From: a virus
Strand: one strand, 5' to 3'
Length of the DNA: 64,000 nt
IMG/VR virus record: IMGVR_UViG_3300049846_000568
Coordinates: 64,001 to 128,000 of that record
Under the pieces are notes generated by a model that ran no database searches, was not told the DNA's origin, and was given only the letters and a program-made list of their open reading frames with translations. A program made the translations under genes and the position numbers. Below, in pieces: positions 1 to 7,715 of this stretch (position 1 is its first letter; each line of letters starts with the position of its first letter).

Positions 1-666
1 CTTGCGGATAAGGGAGTAGTCGAACTCGTAAGTGGGACGACCGGCAAAGAAGTAGCTCTCCAATAGAAGGGCCAGAGACTGACACCATCCCTCGCGAGAA
101 TCGTCAATTGTGAATACCTCAACCTCATCTGTTGGCTGATGAAGCTGCAACTTACCGGAGCCCTTAGTGTCGAAACCAACGCCAACACCAAGCATCGACA
201 TCTCCATGAGGCGCACAAATGGAAGGGTGGCCTCGTTGATGCTGCGTGACGACAGGTGCTCGGTAGAAATAAACGCGCAGTTCTGTAGGGCAGCTGAGTT
301 CTTCTGCCCATTAACGAACTCGGTGCCCATCATCCATAGGCCACGACCAGGTGGTGTCCACTTACCAACGAACAGGCGCTCATAAGCGTCCTTTGCTGTT
401 GCCTGCGCCTTGTTCTCGTTCCATGGCAGGCGATTACTCTTACACCAATCCTTCTGGATGGAGAACATGCCCTCAATAACGCGGCGGCATGTCTCCCACC
501 AACGCTCTTTACTGCCGTCCTCCTTGCGTCTGCTGTACTTGGTGAGGAATGTTAGCTCCCCTAGATAGTTGCCCCCTCCAATCGGAAATCCCCAAGGCAC
601 TTGCCTTGTCTTGTATGTGTCGATGAAGTCTTCTGGCAGATTAAAGGATAGATAATTCTCTGGCAT
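1..666 (-). CDS. nrdJ: Class II (adenosylcobalamin-dependent, monomeric RTPR-type) ribonucleotide reductase, 5' part; runs off the window edge
   Basis: Missing from the ORF track because it has no stop in the window. Manual translation from ATG at 666: MPENYLSFNLPEDFIDTYK...TFLTKYSRRKEDGSKERWWETCRRVIEG...KWTPPGRGLWMMG...AALQNCAF...LMEMSMLGVGVGFD...DSREGW. RBS AGGAG upstream. Confidence 0.9.
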   Translation of the reverse strand, partial: MPENYLSFNLPEDFIDTYKTRQVPWGFPIGGGNYLGELTFLTKYSRRKEDGSKERWWETCRRVIEGMFSIQKDWCKSNRLPWNENKAQATAKDAYERLFVGKWTPPGRGLWMMGTEFVNGQKNSAALQNCAFISTEHLSSRSINEATLPFVRLMEMSMLGVGVGFDTKGSGKLQLHQPTDEVEVFTIDDSREGWCQSLALLLESYFFAGRPTYEFDYSLIRK

Positions 667-679
667 TGTGTGGTTTCTC

Positions 680-1339
680 CTACACCTTTCTAATTTGCTT
701 CACAAGTTTAGGATTGGTCTTCTTAAGTTCTTGTCGCTTGATCTTCACTACTTGATCTACGGAGTAGATGTCAAAGATCAATCGCTCGAAAAAGTAGTTC
801 GACCTCCAGTTTAGCACTTTCTTGCCTACAGAGGACTCGTGCTTCTGGAAGATAGAACAAATAACGGCGCCACCATAGGTGTATACAAGGCGCTTAAACG
901 ACTGCTCGATTCGCTGCTTGTTTTCCTCCGTTATATCGCCACTGCGCTCTGCTTCACTGAAGAGCCAATTGAATGCCTGTCTAGTAATAGGGGAATAATC
1001 GATTGGGTCTATGATACCCAGGCTTTGACATTGATTTCTCCACTTAGCGATCTGCAGGTCTCGCTCCATTGTTTCATCGAGTAGCGCTTCCCAATCTCGC
1101 TCACCATACTGTCGAAACGACTTACACCAGAAAAGCAAATTCTCTGGTGGATCCGGTACCTTATACCGATCGTATAGTGGTAGTAGTGTAGCGCATGCGA
1201 CCGACCTACGAAGGTCTTCCTTGGCTTGTTCTGGTGAAGCGTTCTTTGCTAGCTGCTTGTACCTCTCAGTAATGTGTCTCTCCCAGTCGGATTCACCGAC
1301 ATATAAACTCAGATATCTTGCTGCGTCTTTCGTCTTCAT
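680..1339 (-). CDS. Hypothetical protein (219 aa), probably co-transcribed with nrdJ
   Basis: Long ORF; its TAG stop overlaps the nrdJ RBS (TAGGAG). No motif recognised. Confidence 0.75.
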   Translation of the reverse strand: MKTKDAARYLSLYVGESDWERHITERYKQLAKNASPEQAKEDLRRSVACATLLPLYDRYKVPDPPENLLFWCKSFRQYGERDWEALLDETMERDLQIAKWRNQCQSLGIIDPIDYSPITRQAFNWLFSEAERSGDITEENKQRIEQSFKRLVYTYGGAVICSIFQKHESSVGKKVLNWRSNYFFERLIFDIYSVDQVVKIKRQELKKTNPKLVKQIRKV

Positions 1340-1373
1340 CTCTAAACCTATATATCCGATGCCCAGAGAGTAA

Positions 1374-1408
1374 GATGCGGCCCTACCCGCATGAGATAGA
1401 GCCGCATC
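1374..1408 (-). terminator. 15-bp hairpin; terminator or attenuator candidate
   Basis: Minus strand GATGCGGCTCTATCT-CATGC-GGGTAGGGCCGCATC pairs fully using 3 G-U pairs. The tail (TTACTCTCT) is weak. Confidence 0.5.
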
Positions 1409-1450
1409 GAACCATTCGTTTTTTAAGCCTCCGAGCCGTGTGTGTCGTAC

Positions 1451-1479
1451 ACTATAGCACGACGCGGAGTATGTGTCTA
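1451..1479 (-). promoter_or_regulatory. Sigma70/SigA-type promoter upstream of the 219-aa gene and nrdJ
   Basis: Minus strand TAGACA-17 nt-TATAGT, with an extended -10 TG. Confidence 0.65.
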
Positions 1480-1494
1480 ATCGTATTGGAAGTT

Positions 1495-1800
1495 TTACAG
1501 CCTAAAACCTACGTTATCGGTCTTGTCTGCAACCTTATCGGCTGCGCCTGTGGGCTTCCATAGGCCAGTGTATAGGCCGATTGATACGATGAAGTTCTGT
1601 ACACCCAAGTACAAAGTCTGAACGTCGAAAACGCCCAGCTGGTTAACTGCCTGTGTTACCATTGCTGTGGCACCAGCTAGCACTGCTAGCAGGATACCCT
1701 TCTTTGAAGAATCGGTCTCCTTACGCGTCACCAATGCTACCAAAAATGGTAGAACTGTTGCCACCAGAAGATTAAGTAGTCCCATGTCTATCTGCATCAT
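1495..1800 (-). CDS. Small membrane protein, holin-like
   Basis: 101 aa with 2-3 hydrophobic helices; LPFLVALVT and GLWKPTG resemble actinophage holins. RBS AGGAG. Confidence 0.6.
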   Translation of the reverse strand: MMQIDMGLLNLLVATVLPFLVALVTRKETDSSKKGILLAVLAGATAMVTQAVNQLGVFDVQTLYLGVQNFIVSIGLYTGLWKPTGAADKVADKTDNVGFRL

Positions 1801-2083
1801 TAACTCCTGTTATTTTCTGTACCGCTACCGCCCCTGCAGCAATGATGTTGAAGGGGTCCAACCAAGGAAGGAAATTGCCTGCAAAGAGGTGCTTCGTAGT
1901 GAAGCCCCACGCCGCAATCACGGTCCATCTATGAACCGGGTGGCGTAGGGCCTCTCTCCAAACCTCTGTCATCGGTTTGTTACCCTTCAAAAGAAGAGCT
2001 ATGTCAACTACAAACACATAACCTGCTAAGCCCGCCCAGGCAATAACTGCTGGCTCAATTCTCCGGGGCGAATCCTTAGCCAC
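1772..2083 (-). CDS. Small membrane protein
   Basis: 103 aa with hydrophobic segments (AWAGLAGYVFVVDIALL; WTVIAAWGFTTKHL). Adjacent to the holin-like gene. Confidence 0.6.
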   Translation of the reverse strand: MAKDSPRRIEPAVIAWAGLAGYVFVVDIALLLKGNKPMTEVWREALRHPVHRWTVIAAWGFTTKHLFAGNFLPWLDPFNIIAAGAVAVQKITGVNDADRHGTT

Positions 2084-2091
2084 CGTATTTC

Positions 2092-2709
2092 CTATACGTC
2101 GAGTGCCTTAGCGGATGTTACGCCACGCCACTCGTTGACCCTGTTCTTGCCATACTCGTGATCGAAGTCGGTTGGGTATGCCTGTGTTGTCTCGCCCAGG
2201 CTTACAGTTGTGACACCCTTGTATACATATGGATCGAAGTAGCCAAAGGAGGCGGCTGTACCAGTCGCATCAATTGCGCGAATTGCGTGACCTGGATCGT
2301 CCAATCTACGCTGACGATCTGTATCGTCGTATGGGTCGATGAGCGAGTAATCCGTCGCACGAGGCTCGTGGCCGTAGCTCGATCCAAATACTAGGTTGTT
2401 GCCCGCTGCCTTGTTTTCTAGTGGGCGATAACGCATGCCGTCGATACGGACGCCACTACCGGCGTCGCGCAGGCTACGAATCCTGCTCTCGCTATCGTCG
2501 CCATTGTAATAACGTGTCAGATTAAGGCCATGTGGATGATAGCCGTCGCCTGGTGTGTGTGGGGTGGCCGGAATACCGTCGAGCACATGACTTGGGTTCA
2601 TGAGTGACCAGTTAGAGTACTCTTCAACCTCGTTAGTGTATGTGTTGATGTTCTGATCGGCGTCGCGGCCCTTCAGAACTGGTCTCTTGCCACTGTAGAA
2701 TAGTGCCAT
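2092..2709 (-). CDS. Hypothetical, probably virion-associated protein
   Basis: ATG at 2709 (MALFYSGKRPVLKG) has a GGGGAG RBS, preferred over the track start at 2727. Preceded by a TTACTA motif and a structured leader. Confidence 0.7.
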   Translation of the reverse strand: MALFYSGKRPVLKGRDADQNINTYTNEVEEYSNWSLMNPSHVLDGIPATPHTPGDGYHPHGLNLTRYYNGDDSESRIRSLRDAGSGVRIDGMRYRPLENKAAGNNLVFGSSYGHEPRATDYSLIDPYDDTDRQRRLDDPGHAIRAIDATGTAASFGYFDPYVYKGVTTVSLGETTQAYPTDFDHEYGKNRVNEWRGVTSAKALDV

Positions 2710-2737
2710 GAATGATCTCCCCTTCAATAAATGAGGT

Positions 2738-2792
2738 GAGGGTACAACGTAACTAGGTCCTAAGGTGGGCCTTTCGGCCCTTCTGTACCCTC
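2738..2792 (-). promoter_or_regulatory. Structured 5' leader RNA element
   Basis: 9-bp outer stem GAGGGTACA/TGTACCCTC enclosing a GGGCC-GAAA-GGCCC tetraloop hairpin. Confidence 0.5.
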
Positions 2793-2800
2793 TGTATAAC

Positions 2801-2806
2801 TAGTAA
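2801..2806 (-). promoter_or_regulatory. TTACTA putative late-promoter core (copy 1)
   Basis: Same hexamer occurs in three intergenic gaps upstream of structural genes. Confidence 0.45.
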
Positions 2807-2825
2807 CGAGCGATTACGGCTATAG

Positions 2826-4082
2826 CTAGTTGGTGTACTCGATATTTAGGCCAGATAGAACTGGCGTTGCTCCACCATCGCTCTTAGATAGAGTGACTTC
2901 AATCCAAACCTTCTTTGAGTTCGGAACTGCAGTAGTTGTATAAATGCCGATATCTTCCGCCACTTCCCATATAACCCTATATGAGAAGACATCTGGAAGC
3001 TCACCCTCTAGAATGTTCCAAATCTCAGGGGTAACATTGGTTACGCTAGAGATTGTCTGTCCATCAGGGGCGTCGAAACGAATGATCGTCCTACCAGTAT
3101 CAGCAAACTTATCGTACCGAGCATCCAGCTTAGATAGGCCATACGAATAAACATACTTGTTATCTTCCAACATATATGTCTGCTGACGAAGCTTGATCTT
3201 GATACCCGTAATAGCTGTTGGATTAAAGTAGAAGATCTTAGGCCCGGAGTTGTTGATCTCATCACCGGTCCAACCACCAGGTGGAACCCACCCAATCGCC
3301 CTTGTATTACCGTCATACATGGCGTCGTTGTTTAGTGGAATATACGAATCGGTTGTGTTAAGTGCCACATCAAAGTTTGTGGTGTACTCTACATCAACAA
3401 TGTCGCAGCCCATGGTTGGGAATGGGTGTAGAATGATGCAGTTTGTATTGTCGTTAACGGTCATATCGGTTGGGAATCGCACATGCAAAATCACTTCAGC
3501 GCCGTTAACGTTAGGCGCATCGACCACCACGTTACGCTCCCATACGGTGCCAACCTGCTGCAGCACAGCATTGTAAACATCTGAGGTGTTCAGTCTTGCC
3601 GCAACCGAATCAGCGGTATTAGATACACCCTGGGCGAGAGCTTCGAATGTTGACGGGATTACATACGTTCCGTCAGCATTTTGCATCTTCAGCTTAGAGA
3701 ACGATGAAGAGGCGTTCTTAGGAAGCGTAATGATGCTGTACTGCCCATCCCAGCTGCACTCTGCGTCAGTTGATACCGCAAAATCTGTCGTTGAAAAACG
3801 ATCTACATCAATCTGATCTGGATCGCCAAACGTTAGAATTGTGTCGCCAGCTTCAAGAGCGGCGATGCGGCTCGTGAGATCGTCTAGGACCTTGGCAATA
3901 GACAACTCTTCCTTGAAAATGCGCTGACGAAGCAGGCGAAGCTCCTCATCTGTAATACCCAACCTGTTGACAAGGGTCATTAGATCCTTATAGAGGTTCT
4001 CGATACGCTCGTTGTACTTGTCACTTGTTGTAGGGCCGCGCCACTGTGCGTACTCCTGCTTTGAATACAAAGCCTCACTCAT
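2826..4082 (-). CDS. Virion structural protein (baseplate/fibre-associated), 418 aa
   Basis: N-terminal coiled coil (RGPTTSDKYNERIENLYKDL), beta-rich body, and a C-terminal TPxL strand shared with neighbouring genes. Confidence 0.65.
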   Translation of the reverse strand: MSEALYSKQEYAQWRGPTTSDKYNERIENLYKDLMTLVNRLGITDEELRLLRQRIFKEELSIAKVLDDLTSRIAALEAGDTILTFGDPDQIDVDRFSTTDFAVSTDAECSWDGQYSIITLPKNASSSFSKLKMQNADGTYVIPSTFEALAQGVSNTADSVAARLNTSDVYNAVLQQVGTVWERNVVVDAPNVNGAEVILHVRFPTDMTVNDNTNCIILHPFPTMGCDIVDVEYTTNFDVALNTTDSYIPLNNDAMYDGNTRAIGWVPPGGWTGDEINNSGPKIFYFNPTAITGIKIKLRQQTYMLEDNKYVYSYGLSKLDARYDKFADTGRTIIRFDAPDGQTISSVTNVTPEIWNILEGELPDVFSYRVIWEVAEDIGIYTTTAVPNSKKVWIEVTLSKSDGGATPVLSGLNIEYTN

Positions 4083-4092
4083 ATTACATCCT

Positions 4093-4425
4093 TTAGATAG
4101 CTAGGTCCTCAAGTCTCTTAACTCTGATTCGCATACGCTCAACCTGAGCGGCGATCTCGTCAAGGCCAAGGAGTACAAGATCTTGATCACCAGCGTCGGT
4201 CTCATACTGAACACCATCCACCGCTCCACCATTAACAATGGTATCAGATACCTCGTCTAAAAGCTCGTCCATATTGTCTAGCTTGTAATCGCTGTTCTTG
4301 ATATCGAAATAGTACTGACCTATTTCCTGGTTGATCTTTAGACTTTCGCGCACACCCTTGTAACGATGACGCCACCTAACAAAGTTTGGTTGATAGATCT
4401 TAGTTGTATCAGTGTACAGAATCAT
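4093..4425 (-). CDS. Small coiled-coil virion protein
   Basis: TAATG overlap with the upstream gene puts the start at 4425. YKGVRESLKINQEIGQYYFDI resembles the N-terminus of the 418-aa neighbour. Confidence 0.6.
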   Translation of the reverse strand: MILYTDTTKIYQPNFVRWRHRYKGVRESLKINQEIGQYYFDIKNSDYKLDNMDELLDEVSDTIVNGGAVDGVQYETDAGDQDLVLLGLDEIAAQVERMRIRVKRLEDLAI

Positions 4426-7400
4426 TACACAATCCACCAGTTAGTACCGTCAGACACAAACGAGAACGCTGCGTATGGTGTTGACCAGGTCTTCTGCGAA
4501 GGGGTGGCGGCGTTGTCGATATTGCCACTATAGCAGTCAACAATAACAGAATTGGCGTCTGCGGTGATCTTCTTAACCGTGTACATCCTACCCTCATATA
4601 GTGAAGGGTCTGGAAGAATAATGCTCTTACCCGTAGATGTCGTATCGACTAGAATGATAGACTCAGAGATATCTACAACATACTCAGAAGGTGTTGCGGC
4701 GTCTGCGGTTACAGTTGTGATGGGGTTGCGAAGAGCCCTGGTAGAGATATCGACACCAGTTCCCCATCCATCCCCATCCTTATTGTATGGACCGAAAAGC
4801 GTGACCGTGCTTGGATCCAAACCGTTGTCGACATAATAGTTTCCGTACTCACTGTCAAGTTGGAATGCCCCATCCCTGAAATCGGCCCAACGCGCGCCGT
4901 TGTAGTCGTCGTTGATCTGAGTATGTAGAGCAATGCCGTGTGAATTGCCGGTTAGATATGTGGCGTCGGTCGCCGTCGTCATTAGACTGCCGTTCAAATA
5001 GAAGCTGAAACTTGGACCGTCCATTGAAACAGACACTACCGTACCCACAGCGTTGGTACCCAGGAAAGTCTTTAAGGTTGTAAAGGTTCCGTTCACACAC
5101 TTAGAAAAAGCCCAAGCACCATAACTGACGGAAGCAAGAAGTGCATAGAAGTTGTCTGGGTCTTGATACCTCAAAACAAGACCCTGCCAATTCTCGGCTA
5201 CGCCACTACCATCGTCGCCAAACTTTGTACCAACCGCAACATCTGGGGAACCTAGGTTACGGACAACAAGATTCTGCTTACAGTTATACGTAGCAATATT
5301 GGGCGAAATTGTGGTACCGTACTTGAAATTATCGAGTCTCGTTGTTGTGGTGATGGTCTGGTTTGGGCCACCAATACCTATATACTTTGCATTGGCGTTG
5401 GTGTGCTGCAGTACAGCATCCACAATGGTGTATGTATAGGTAGCACGGAGGCCATATGCCACAATCTTTGTGCCGTCATGCACTTGATAGAAGCGCATAA
5501 CATCGTCGTCCCCGACTTCAACACGAATGCCGTAACCAGCACCAGTAAGTACGTCTGTCTCAGCGGCTGCGCTTACTCGGGTAATTACGCCACCAACACA
5601 CTTGTATACAGCATAGCCGCCAAAGGTTGTATTTGGAACCACCATAAGCCAGTTGTTTGCGTCTTGGCAGCGAACAATAATGCCAAGATCGGCGGCGAGA
5701 GACGAAGTGTGGGCGGCGAACAATATCTGAGCGCAGTGAGTTGTGGAGTTAGCATCACGAATAAGCATGTTCTTGTTGCTAGCGCCATTTGCTGTTAGGT
5801 AAAGCTGCTCGCCGTTAATACCCCAAGTACCAGACGTCTGTGTCCAACCGTTATCTACTACACTGGTCGAATCATCGCGATCAAACTCATCAACAAAGTC
5901 TGGGTTTGTAAACTTCGTGCTTACAAGATATGCCTGACCATAATCGTCAATACCCCAACCACCGGTTACTGGTGTCCATCCAGTACCGCCAATATCTGTG
6001 GCGTCGGCGGCTCTTTCAAAATCGTCTGTGATAATTAGAGGATCGCCAGCGCCAGAGTCCCATACGGGCAGGTCAACCTTTGGGGTAACCTCGTCTGACC
6101 AAAAGCCAAGCAGGTTGCGACTTGAGACACCCTCATTGAGGGCGGCTACAATTTCCTCTAACGTTGTCTCAGCAATAACCTTTGCGCCCTCTGCGTTAGG
6201 GTGCAAACCATCCTTAGAGAACCACTTAGCGTTGCTGTTTACTGTCCAAGTAGCCGTAGTACCGCCAAGAGGCGTATCGTTGTCAACCAAACGTACTGTT
6301 GGATCATTAAACCAGTCAACAACAGTCTGAATCCAATCGTTAATGATGTCGTGTACGTCGGGATCTTGTAGGGCGGCCCAGACCCATGAACCGTTTGGTG
6401 GCTGAATCATATTGGAGACCAAAACAAGCGGTGGTTCGTCCGCTTCAATCTGCCAATAATCAAACTTCAGCGTTGCATCACCCTGTGGTACGGTGCCAAC
6501 AACGGCTCCAGTATAGCGAATTTCAATCTCGTGCTGCTCGACCAAGCTTGTTGTCGTTAAGGATGAATCCCTGCCGCTTGTCCCACTCGTGGTTGGAACG
6601 GTAGGAATCCACATACGGTAAATCATTCCCGTTTTCTGATGATAGGTCTGACCAGAACTGGTTGAATAGTTTGTGCCAAACGCTGTACCGTATGCCGCGC
6701 CGCGGCCATTGTTCAGCGTGCCGTGATAAACGCCGTCAAGGTAGATATCGGCGGTGGCGCCTTCGTACCCACCAATGAAACCAAGATCTACCCATACACC
6801 ATCCTGGTAGCGACCCATATCGCTTGGGGTGGTAATGGTTACCTTTGCACCTGGAGAGTTGGTGTAATGGAACCCCGTACCCGAACCCCAGGGATCGCCG
6901 CCAATACTTTCATATGTCCTAGCGGTCCAGCTTCCGGTGTACGCTATCGTTGTTGTGTCTGTGTTCTCGTAGACAGAAGCCGCCCTATACCTAGCAATGA
7001 CGGTCTTATAGGCCTCTTTAAAGGTCCATTCATCCCAGTTATCCGTGCGATAAAACACTGTTGCGTCATTTGTGCCCCACATGGTGAAGACAATGCCCGC
7101 GTCCGCCACACGTGGAGCATCTACAATACCGGGGTTAACGTTCTGAAGAACTGTTTGATAAGTACATGTGCCGTCGTGCCAACGAATCACACCACCAGAA
7201 ATAGCAATATTCTGCACCTGTGTGGGAAGAAGGCCTAGCATAGCCTTGATACGCGCACCGGTGCACTGATTGGCTGCTACACCGATACCGTTTGGGTCCA
7301 TATAAGAATGGCCCGCAATTTTAAGAGATGATACCTGTGGAGGAGTTGGCCCCTGGCTTGTAATCTGCTCGAAGTTTGCGCTATTGAATGAGGTACCGCT

Positions 7401-7700
7401 CGTATGAGCGGTTGTTACCTGATAGGTGTAGCCACGATACCTAACGAGATCGTTTAGGGCATACTCGGTCCCTGCGGCCCAAGTACCAACGGGATTCAGG
7501 TGGGTTTTTGCCGCTTCCGCATCGAGGCGCGACGAGACACTAGCGTGACCACCACTGGGTGTCGCGCCCAGTTCAAGCTCAATCGCCTCAATTGCATCGT
7601 TTGCGTCGGCGTGGATCTGCGCATGGCTGGGGCTATCTTGTGTCTGTGAACTTAGCGGATTGTAGAGTGTATCAAAATCCTCGGGGTAATTAGTGGCCAC
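4425..7700 (-). CDS. Tail fibre/spike-like protein with carbohydrate-binding module, SGNH esterase and lectin-like domains (1091 aa)
   Basis: CBM5/12-like WAAGTEYALNDLVRYRGYTYQ; SGNH blocks GHSY, GTND, DGLHP; ConA/LamG-like domains; fibre-type C-terminus FVSDGTNWWIV. Confidence 0.75.
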   Translation of the reverse strand: MATNYPEDFDTLYNPLSSQTQDSPSHAQIHADANDAIEAIELELGATPSGGHASVSSRLDAEAAKTHLNPVGTWAAGTEYALNDLVRYRGYTYQVTTAHTSGTSFNSANFEQITSQGPTPPQVSSLKIAGHSYMDPNGIGVAANQCTGARIKAMLGLLPTQVQNIAISGGVIRWHDGTCTYQTVLQNVNPGIVDAPRVADAGIVFTMWGTNDATVFYRTDNWDEWTFKEAYKTVIARYRAASVYENTDTTTIAYTGSWTARTYESIGGDPWGSGTGFHYTNSPGAKVTITTPSDMGRYQDGVWVDLGFIGGYEGATADIYLDGVYHGTLNNGRGAAYGTAFGTNYSTSSGQTYHQKTGMIYRMWIPTVPTTSGTSGRDSSLTTTSLVEQHEIEIRYTGAVVGTVPQGDATLKFDYWQIEADEPPLVLVSNMIQPPNGSWVWAALQDPDVHDIINDWIQTVVDWFNDPTVRLVDNDTPLGGTTATWTVNSNAKWFSKDGLHPNAEGAKVIAETTLEEIVAALNEGVSSRNLLGFWSDEVTPKVDLPVWDSGAGDPLIITDDFERAADATDIGGTGWTPVTGGWGIDDYGQAYLVSTKFTNPDFVDEFDRDDSTSVVDNGWTQTSGTWGINGEQLYLTANGASNKNMLIRDANSTTHCAQILFAAHTSSLAADLGIIVRCQDANNWLMVVPNTTFGGYAVYKCVGGVITRVSAAAETDVLTGAGYGIRVEVGDDDVMRFYQVHDGTKIVAYGLRATYTYTIVDAVLQHTNANAKYIGIGGPNQTITTTTRLDNFKYGTTISPNIATYNCKQNLVVRNLGSPDVAVGTKFGDDGSGVAENWQGLVLRYQDPDNFYALLASVSYGAWAFSKCVNGTFTTLKTFLGTNAVGTVVSVSMDGPSFSFYLNGSLMTTATDATYLTGNSHGIALHTQINDDYNGARWADFRDGAFQLDSEYGNYYVDNGLDPSTVTLFGPYNKDGDGWGTGVDISTRALRNPITTVTADAATPSEYVVDISESIILVDTTSTGKSIILPDPSLYEGRMYTVKKITADANSVIVDCYSGNIDNAATPSQKTWSTPYAAFSFVSDGTNWWIV

Positions 7701-7715
7701 TACGGTCTTCTCCAG

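Noticed and set aside
1340-1495. Cobalamin riboswitch or NrdR box upstream of nrdJ
   Set aside because: No B12-box consensus and too little space; only a partial resemblance to an NrdR box.
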